DNA of 64,000 nucleotides from Lachnospiraceae bacterium (lineage in GTDB: Bacteria > Bacillota > Clostridia > Lachnospirales > Lachnospiraceae): positions 26,536 to 90,535 of the forward strand of contig JAKSRY010000004.1 of assembly GCA_024403415.1 (NCBI GenBank), in the 5' to 3' direction. Shown here in pieces: positions 57,405 to 64,000 of the stretch. Each line of letters begins with the position of its first letter. The first letter of the stretch is position 1. The position numbers and the translations under genes were made by a program. The notes below the pieces were generated by a model. That model worked only from the letters and a program-made list of their open reading frames with translations. It ran no database searches and was not told the DNA's origin.

Positions 57405-59221
57405 TGGCACTTACATCATCGGGCTTCATCCCACAGGGTAACTTAAATTCGGATTCTTCAGCTTTAGGTAAAGCCGGAAGAAAAGGAACAGTAGCCAAGG
57501 TATTAAAAGCACTTAGAAAATATCGATTTTTAATTGTATTATCGCTTGTTCTGGCTACGGTTTCCGTTATCTTTACACTTCTTGTACCGAAAGAAATCGG
57601 AAAGGCAGTAGATAGTATTGTAAGTTCCGGAGATGAGGATTTGTTCATTCATCTTCTTAAGGCCGGTATCTTTGCACTGATAGTTGGAGTTTCCACCTAT
57701 CTGATGAATCTTATTAATAACAGAATATCTTTTTTGACAGTAAGAGATATCAGGAATGAAGCAATAAGCAAGCTTCAGACACTTCCTCTTAAGTATATAG
57801 ATTCTCATCCTTCAGGAGATATTGTGAGCCGTATTATTGCTGATATAGACCAATTCTCAGATGGTCTTTTGCTTGGCTTTTCACAGGCATTTACGGGAGT
57901 GATGACAATACTGGGAACTCTGTATTTCATGCTGAGTATGAATATAGCCGTATCTTTGGTTGTTATTTGCGTTACACCACTTTCATTGTTTGTTGCAAAA
58001 TTCATTTCCTCAAGAACTTACTCTATGTTTAAGCTTCAAAGCGCCGAAAGAGGAGAGCAGACAGCACTCATAGATGAAATGATTGGAAACGAGAAGGTTG
58101 TAAAAGCATATGGCAAGGAAGCAGATGCTGTTGAAAAGTTCGATGAAATCAATGAAAGATTAAGGAAATCCTCATTAAGAGCTATTTTCTTTTCTTCACT
58201 GACAAATCCATGTACAAGATTTGTTAATGCCGTCTGTTATGCACTGGTAGCACTTACCGGTTCACTGTTTATAATCGGTGGTTTTGAGTCAGGTATTGGT
58301 GCAGGAATAACTGTTGGAACATTAACTGTATTTTTGTCATACGCTAACCAGTATACCAAGCCATTTAATGAGATAAGCAGTGTTATTTCGGAACTCCAGA
58401 ATGCCATTGCCTGTGCGGCAAGAGTATTTGAAATAATGGAAGAGGAATCAGAGTCTTCCGATGAAATGATGGGAGAGTTAGCTGAAGCCGGGGGCACTAT
58501 TGAACTAAAGAATGTAAACTTTTCTTATGTTGAAGATAAAGAACTTATAAAGAATCTTAATGTTGACGTTAAGCCCGGAATGAAGGTTGCGATTGTCGGC
58601 CCGACAGGATGCGGAAAAACAACTATTATCAATCTTCTTATGAGATTTTATGATGTAAATTCCGGAGAAATACTTGTTGACGGACAAAATATAGCAGAAC
58701 TCAAGCGTAAGTCATTGAGAAGTAATTACGGAATGGTTCTTCAGGAGACCTGGTTAAGAAGTGGGACCATAAAGGAAAACCTGCTTTTGGCCAAAGAGGA
58801 TGCAACTGATGAAGAGATAATAAATGCAGCCAAGATGTCTCATGCACATAGTTTTATAAGACGTCTTCCAAATGGATATGACACCGTTATTGGTGAAGGC
58901 GGAGGTTCTTTAAGTCAGGGACAAAAGCAGCTGCTTTGTATTGCAAGAGTCATGCTTGCGCTTCCACCAATGCTTATTCTTGATGAAGCAACTTCTTCTA
59001 TTGATACACGTACGGAAATAAGAATTCAAAAAGCTTTTAATACCATGATGGAAGGAAGAACATCATTTATTGTAGCTCACAGATTATCAACCATAATGAA
59101 TGCAGATCTGATTCTTGTGATGAAGGATGGTCAGGTTATTGAGCAGGGTAATCATGAGAGTTTACTTGCAGCCAAAGGCTTTTATTACGAATTATACAAT
59201 AGTCAGTTTACAAAGATATAA
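57404..59221 (+). CDS. ABC exporter, fused permease-ATPase (subunit 2)
   Basis: Walker A GPTGCGKTT, signature LSQGQKQL, Walker B LILDEATSSID. TAATG overlap with subunit 1 and GGGAGG SD. Confidence 0.9.
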   Translation: MALTSSGFIPQGNLNSDSSALGKAGRKGTVAKVLKALRKYRFLIVLSLVLATVSVIFTLLVPKEIGKAVDSIVSSGDEDLFIHLLKAGIFALIVGVSTYLMNLINNRISFLTVRDIRNEAISKLQTLPLKYIDSHPSGDIVSRIIADIDQFSDGLLLGFSQAFTGVMTILGTLYFMLSMNIAVSLVVICVTPLSLFVAKFISSRTYSMFKLQSAERGEQTALIDEMIGNEKVVKAYGKEADAVEKFDEINERLRKSSLRAIFFSSLTNPCTRFVNAVCYALVALTGSLFIIGGFESGIGAGITVGTLTVFLSYANQYTKPFNEISSVISELQNAIACAARVFEIMEEESESSDEMMGELAEAGGTIELKNVNFSYVEDKELIKNLNVDVKPGMKVAIVGPTGCGKTTIINLLMRFYDVNSGEILVDGQNIAELKRKSLRSNYGMVLQETWLRSGTIKENLLLAKEDATDEEIINAAKMSHAHSFIRRLPNGYDTVIGEGGGSLSQGQKQLLCIARVMLALPPMLILDEATSSIDTRTEIRIQKAFNTMMEGRTSFIVAHRLSTIMNADLILVMKDGQVIEQGNHESLLAAKGFYYELYNSQFTKI

Positions 59222-59233
59222 GGAGAGTAAATT

Positions 59234-60361
59234 ATGTATCACGAGAATCCAAACTTAAAATATGTTGAGGTTAAGGATGTTCCACACAAAAATATACTTG
59301 GCAGAGTTGGCAGAGTTTCTTCTCCGTTGCCGCTTTTGTTTAACGGAAGTGGAATTGAAGTAGTTGTTACGGGATCAGATCTCTGGATTGAGCTTGAAAC
59401 AGACTGTGACTTTCATGAGCCGTGGGTTGCTTATGAATTAAATGGATTTATGATGGGAAGACAGATGCTGCTTCCTGGAACACACAGTATGTGTTTGTTT
59501 AGAAATATGTCTCCTGATGTACCTAAAAAAATAAGATTTTTTAGAGAAATTCAGGCTATGGGAGAAGACGATTATACTAAAATTCTGGTTAAGGGTTTCA
59601 AACTTGATGGTGAATTCCTTGAGGTTCCGAAGTTTGATATGAAAATTGAGTTCATTGGTGACTCAATTACTTCAGGTGAAGGTACTTATGGTGCTTTTGA
59701 AGATATGGACTGGCTCACCATGTACATGAGTGTATCCAGAAATTATGCATATATGACAGCTAAAGAGCTTAATGCAGACTATCATATGATTTCAGAAGGC
59801 GGCTGGGGTGTTTATACCGGCTGGGATAATGATATTCGTCATAATATCCCTTCTATTTATGAAGCGGTATGTGGATCTGTAGGTCCTAAAATTAATGAAG
59901 AGCTCGGAACCGCAGAACCATATGATTTCAGCTGGCAGCCGGATGTAATTGTCGTTAACCTTGGAACAAACGATAGTACATCATTTGTACAACCGCCGTT
60001 TGATGTGCCCGGGATGGGAACGTTCAAACAAAGACTTAACGAAGACGGAACTCATAACAGAGAAGATGACTTAAAGGTTGAAAAGGCAGTTATTGATTTC
60101 TTGACCATGTTGAGAAAGCATAATCCAAAAGCTCATATTGTATGGTGTTACGGAATGCTTGGTTATGATCTGACACCGGTTCTTACCGAAGCAGTAAATG
60201 AATACAGACTTACTACAAAAGATAATAATGTGGCATTTCTTAATCTTCCCAATACACTTGAGGGTGAATATGGTTCCCATATGCATCCCGGATTCCCAAG
60301 TCATAAAAAGGCTTCGATTCTGTTGGCAGATTATATAAGAAGTAAGGTTACCGTTCAGTAA
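59234..60361 (+). CDS. SGNH/GDSL esterase with N-terminal beta-sandwich (carbohydrate esterase family 2-like), no signal peptide
   Basis: IEFIGDSITSGEG (block I), VVNLGTNDS (block III), HPGFPSH near the C-terminus. About 130-aa N-terminal domain as in CE2 acetyl esterases. Confidence 0.7.
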   Translation: MYHENPNLKYVEVKDVPHKNILGRVGRVSSPLPLLFNGSGIEVVVTGSDLWIELETDCDFHEPWVAYELNGFMMGRQMLLPGTHSMCLFRNMSPDVPKKIRFFREIQAMGEDDYTKILVKGFKLDGEFLEVPKFDMKIEFIGDSITSGEGTYGAFEDMDWLTMYMSVSRNYAYMTAKELNADYHMISEGGWGVYTGWDNDIRHNIPSIYEAVCGSVGPKINEELGTAEPYDFSWQPDVIVVNLGTNDSTSFVQPPFDVPGMGTFKQRLNEDGTHNREDDLKVEKAVIDFLTMLRKHNPKAHIVWCYGMLGYDLTPVLTEAVNEYRLTTKDNNVAFLNLPNTLEGEYGSHMHPGFPSHKKASILLADYIRSKVTVQ

Positions 60362-60435
60362 ATAAATTGTTATTACGGCAGTTACCGTATATTATCTTTA
60401 TACTTAAATACATTGATACGGAAAGAGCACAATTA

Positions 60436-61110
60436 ATGAAAAAAAATATAACGGCAGGGTTATTAATATGTTTAATGACTTTTCTTGTTGCAGGATGTGG
60501 CGCAAATGAAGAGAAGATAGCCTCTGCCCAGGAAAAATACAGAAATCTGGTAGAATTTCATAATCAGATAGTTGAAGAGCATGCTGCTATTAATGACAAC
60601 TCGCTTGATAAGGAACTTGGAAACATTGAAAATCAAATGAGAGAACTTACGGATTACAATCTGTATGAGATGTCGGATGAAGAGCTCGATATGCTTATGG
60701 AAGTCATGGATATAATTGACGAATCATACACAAATTATCGGAAAACGATTAGCGAGATAAAATATTCTGAAGATGCAGCATATTTAAGGCCTATAGTTTT
60801 TTCTTTGATTAATAATACTGATTTAGTGTTTACGTCGCTGTCCATCATGCCGGAAGGGGATAATAATACAGCATCCGATTCGCTGGATATGCAGGAAGGT
60901 TTTAAACGGGGTCAGGAGATACTTGGTCTTACAATATATGCAGATGTTAATAATTCTCCCTGGGTAATGACACTTAAAAGATATAATGCCGGTGAGGGTG
61001 AGGACGAGGTTATCTATCAGGTTACTTTAGATCCCAAAGTTATGACGGAAAGCAATAGCTGTTATGCAATTACTCACGATGTGGAGACGGATACTATTCT
61101 TATAAACTAA
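60436..61110 (+). CDS. Hypothetical lipoprotein
   Basis: MKKNITAGLLICLMTFLVAGC lipobox. The track start at 60367 adds an unlikely leader. Confidence 0.6.
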   Translation: MKKNITAGLLICLMTFLVAGCGANEEKIASAQEKYRNLVEFHNQIVEEHAAINDNSLDKELGNIENQMRELTDYNLYEMSDEELDMLMEVMDIIDESYTNYRKTISEIKYSEDAAYLRPIVFSLINNTDLVFTSLSIMPEGDNNTASDSLDMQEGFKRGQEILGLTIYADVNNSPWVMTLKRYNAGEGEDEVIYQVTLDPKVMTESNSCYAITHDVETDTILIN

Positions 61111-61248
61111 GTCTTTTTCGTGACTATTTGGTCTTAAAGAATGATAAAGAGATAAATAGTTTTAGGTTAAAAATCTGAAAAATTTATCGATGAAGCAAGT
61201 CATATAAAATAAAAAAATGTAACATATCAGTTGGGGGGATAGAAAATC

Positions 61249-62412
61249 ATGAAAGATAAGATGATTGATATTTTTACAAAGGCATATAAATACAATGAAG
61301 GAGTTTCGGTATTTTTTGCACCCGGAAGAGTTAATCTTATAGGTGAGCATACTGATTATAATGGTGGACATGTTTTTCCCGTTGCTCTGTCTATTGGAAC
61401 CTATGGTGCTTTTGCAAAGAGAGAAGATAATAGGCTTAGATTTTATTCAGCCAATTTTGAGGAAGCCGGAGTTATTGAAAGCTCACTTGAGGATCTCAAT
61501 CCAAGTGAGGAAGCCGGATGGACCAACTATCTTAAGGGCATTATATGGACCTTTGCAGGAAGAGGCATGAAGATAGAAAAAGGATTGGATATAGTTCTTT
61601 GGGGAAATATTCCAAATGGTTCCGGTCTTTCATCTTCAGCATCCATTGAGGTGCTGATGGGCTATGCATTAAGAGAATTATATGGTTTTTCCGTTACCAA
61701 TGTGGAGCTTGCCCAGATAGGTCAGTACTCAGAAAACAATTTTAATGGTATGAACTGCGGAATAATGGATCAGTTTGCTTCAGCAATGGGAAAGAAGGAT
61801 AATGCCATATTCCTTGATACTGCGGACTTGTCGTTTGAATATGCACCGATTGCTCTTAAGGATAAAAAAATAGTCGTAACAAACTCAAAGGTTAAACATT
61901 CACTTGTAACATCAGCATATAATGACAGACGTTCTTCCTGTGAACTTGCACTTAAGGAACTTCAGGGTGCTGTTGCAATTAAAGGTCTTGGGGATTTGTC
62001 GGTCGAACAGTTTGAAGAATACAAACATCTGATCAAGGATGAGGACAGAGTTAAAAAGGCTAAGCATGCAGTTTATGAGAATATAAGAACCATACGTGCG
62101 GTTCAGGCCTTAAAGGACAACGATATTGAAGCATTTGGTAAGCTTATGAATGAATCACATGTATCTTTGCGTGATGACTATGATGTATCGTGTCCGGAAA
62201 TTGATGTTCTTGTTGAAGCGGCATGGAGTGTCGACGGAGTAACAGGTTCACGAATCACAGGTGGCGGATTTGGCGGCTGTACAGTCAGCATTGTTGAAGA
62301 CAGGGCTATTGATAGTTTTAAAGAAGTTGTTACGAAGGCTTATAAAGAAAAATGTGACATGGTTCCTGAGTTTTATGTCGTAGAGATAGGAAACGGACCT
62401 TGTACGTTGTAA
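61249..62412 (+). CDS. galK: Galactokinase
   Basis: GRVNLIGEHTDYNGG signature, GHMP motif PNGSGLSSSAS, GGGFGGC. Confidence 0.93.
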   Translation: MKDKMIDIFTKAYKYNEGVSVFFAPGRVNLIGEHTDYNGGHVFPVALSIGTYGAFAKREDNRLRFYSANFEEAGVIESSLEDLNPSEEAGWTNYLKGIIWTFAGRGMKIEKGLDIVLWGNIPNGSGLSSSASIEVLMGYALRELYGFSVTNVELAQIGQYSENNFNGMNCGIMDQFASAMGKKDNAIFLDTADLSFEYAPIALKDKKIVVTNSKVKHSLVTSAYNDRRSSCELALKELQGAVAIKGLGDLSVEQFEEYKHLIKDEDRVKKAKHAVYENIRTIRAVQALKDNDIEAFGKLMNESHVSLRDDYDVSCPEIDVLVEAAWSVDGVTGSRITGGGFGGCTVSIVEDRAIDSFKEVVTKAYKEKCDMVPEFYVVEIGNGPCTL

Positions 62413-62559
62413 GAATATTTTTTTGAAAAAAAAAGCACAAAGGTATAGCAAAATATACTATATTTTTGGCAAAGAATATATATACCGTAGAGTTTTACTG
62501 TGATAAACTAAAACCGTAACTTATATAATATAAAATATTATGAACACATGGAGGATGAG

Positions 62560-63402
62560 ATGAATAATCTTGAATTGAAAAAGACAGCCAACCAGGTACG
62601 TAAAGGTATCGTAACCGGTGTTCATGCTGCTAAGGCAGGACATCCCGGCGGATCTCTTTCGGCCGCAGATATTTACACATATCTCTATTTTGAAGAGATG
62701 AATATCGATCCTAAGAATCCTAAAATGGAAGGAAGAGACAGATTTGTTCTTTCAAAGGGACATACAGCTCCCGGTTTGTATGCAACACTTGCAAACAGAG
62801 GTTACTTCCCTGTTGAAGATTTAACTACACTTCGTAAACTTGGATCATACCTTCAGGGACACCCTTGTATGCAGCATATTCCCGGTGTTGATATGTCATC
62901 AGGTTCTTTGGGACAGGGAATTTCAGCAGCAGTAGGTATGGCTCTTTCTGCGAAGATTGATAACAAGGATTTCAGAGTATACACACTTCTTGGTGACGGT
63001 GAAATTCAGGAAGGTCAGGTTTGGGAAGCTTCTATGTTTGCAGGAGCAAAGAAACTTGATAACCTTGTTGTTATAGTTGATAACAATGGTCTTCAGATTG
63101 ACGGACCTGTTGATGAAGTTAATACTCCTTATCCTATTGATAAGAAGTTTGAAGCTTTCAATTTCCATGTGATCAATATAGATGCACATAATTTCGATGA
63201 AATTCGTGCTGCTTTCAAGGAAGCAAAGGAAACAAAGGGAATGCCTACAGCAATTATTGCTCATTCTGTTAAAGGTAAGGGCATTTCATTCATGGAGAAT
63301 CAGGCAGGATGGCATGGAAAAGCTCCTAACGATGATGAGTATGCTACTGCTATGAATGACTTAAATAAGATTGACGAAGAACTCGCAAAGGAGGAAGCAT
63401 AA
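62560..63402 (+). CDS. Transketolase, N-terminal subunit
   Basis: [34 protein letters not shown] (TPP-binding). GGAGG lies 6 nt before the ATG at 62560. Confidence 0.9.
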   Translation: MNNLELKKTANQVRKGIVTGVHAAKAGHPGGSLSAADIYTYLYFEEMNIDPKNPKMEGRDRFVLSKGHTAPGLYATLANRGYFPVEDLTTLRKLGSYLQGHPCMQHIPGVDMSSGSLGQGISAAVGMALSAKIDNKDFRVYTLLGDGEIQEGQVWEASMFAGAKKLDNLVVIVDNNGLQIDGPVDEVNTPYPIDKKFEAFNFHVINIDAHNFDEIRAAFKEAKETKGMPTAIIAHSVKGKGISFMENQAGWHGKAPNDDEYATAMNDLNKIDEELAKEEA

Positions 63403-63403
63403 G

Positions 63404-64000
63404 ATGGCAGATAAGATTGCAACCAGAGAAAGTTACGGTAATGCATTGGCTGAGTTGGGTGCTAAGAATCCTAATGTAGTAGTTCTTGACGCTGACCTTG
63501 CAGCAGCAACAAAGACAGGAGTGTTCAAAAAGGCATTTCCTGACAGATTTTTTGATTGTGGTATTGCAGAGAGCAATATGGTAGGTATCGCAGCAGGACT
63601 TGCAACAACAGGAAAGATTCCTTTCGTTAGTTCATTTGCTATGTTTGCAGCAGGAAGAGCTTTTGAGCAGGTTCGTAACTCAGTAGGATATCCTCATCTT
63701 AATGTTAAGATTGGTGCTACTCATGCTGGTATTACTGTTGGTGAAGATGGTGCTTCACATCAGTGTAATGAAGATATCGCATTAATGAGAACTATCCCCG
63801 GAATGACAGTTATGTGTCCTTCTGATGATGTTGAAGCTAAGGCTTGTGTTATGGCAGCAGCTGAAATGGATGGCCCTGTATATATGAGATTTGGTAGAGC
63901 TGCATGTCCTATTATCAATGACAGACCTGATTACAAGTTTGAAGTTGGTAAGGGTGACATTGTTAAGGAAGGAAAAGACCTTACAATCGTTGCTACAGGT
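63404..64000 (+). CDS. Transketolase, C-terminal subunit (3' end beyond the window)
   Basis: Frame open from the ATG at 63404 to the window end. [19 protein letters not shown]...[17 protein letters not shown]... is the pyrimidine-binding domain. Absent from the ORF track because no stop lies in the window. Confidence 0.88.
   Translation, partial: MADKIATRESYGNALAELGAKNPNVVVLDADLAAATKTGVFKKAFPDRFFDCGIAESNMVGIAAGLATTGKIPFVSSFAMFAAGRAFEQVRNSVGYPHLNVKIGATHAGITVGEDGASHQCNEDIALMRTIPGMTVMCPSDDVEAKACVMAAAEMDGPVYMRFGRAACPIINDRPDYKFEVGKGDIVKEGKDLTIVATG

Noticed and set aside
62418-62434. T7-G-A9 homopolymer pair just after galK as a possible phase-variation tract
   Set aside because: It is intergenic, not within or immediately upstream of a start codon or between -35/-10 elements that I can identify. 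It is probably just an AT hairpin or terminator remnant.
1-64000. CRISPR arrays, transposases/integrases, prophage, toxin-antitoxin or known defence systems
   Set aside because: I looked for spaced direct repeats, recombinase, reverse-transcriptase or nuclease-helicase type ORFs and abrupt compositional islands. None was seen. Every ORF over about 200 aa is accounted for by housekeeping, envelope, signalling or CAZyme functions.

Overview
AT-rich window, 54 CDS (49 on +) and one tRNA. Gene content looks like the origin-proximal core of a low-GC Firmicute, probably a Clostridia/Lachnospiraceae-like gut or rumen anaerobe. That taxon call is inferred from gene order and protein motifs only. It opens inside parB/spo0J, followed by DUF4446, an HD-GYP protein and serS. 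Later it carries the Bacillus-like yab block: hup, S4/yabO, ftsB/divIC, tilS, hpt, ftsH, then xpaC-yaaN(telA). Housekeeping genes fill much of the rest: xth, murG, pgi, tcdA, mtaD, ahcY, two Y-family polymerases, proS, cca, purO/purH, sufC-sufB/D, galK and split tkt. There are also two two-component modules, a heterodimeric ABC exporter pair and several CAZymes (GH95, GH13, a CE2-like esterase). I found no CRISPR array, transposase, integrase, prophage or recognisable defence system, so there is no clear-cut novel system here. The best candidate is the divergent envelope-glycan locus at 5284-17536. It contains an MBOAT plus a DltD-like SGNH partner, murG, an ArnT-like GT-C protein and a cytoplasmic GH95. 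Its centrepiece is a 1497-aa fusion of a YfhO-type GT-C membrane domain to an extracellular CBM32 and a GH20 hexosaminidase. A GC-rich, three-way-junction-like structured element sits in this locus's only long intergenic gap. Secondary items: one clostridial-type LexA box between back-to-back extended -10 promoters of two divergent, apparently leaderless Y-family polymerase genes; a recurring TGCTATACT-N6-ATG leaderless module; a C-rich candidate sRNA after ftsH; an mtaD-ahcY pairing; archaeal-type purO with a truncated purH; and a two-gene minimal SUF-like pair. All calls come from reading the sequence and ORF translations by eye; no database searches were run.
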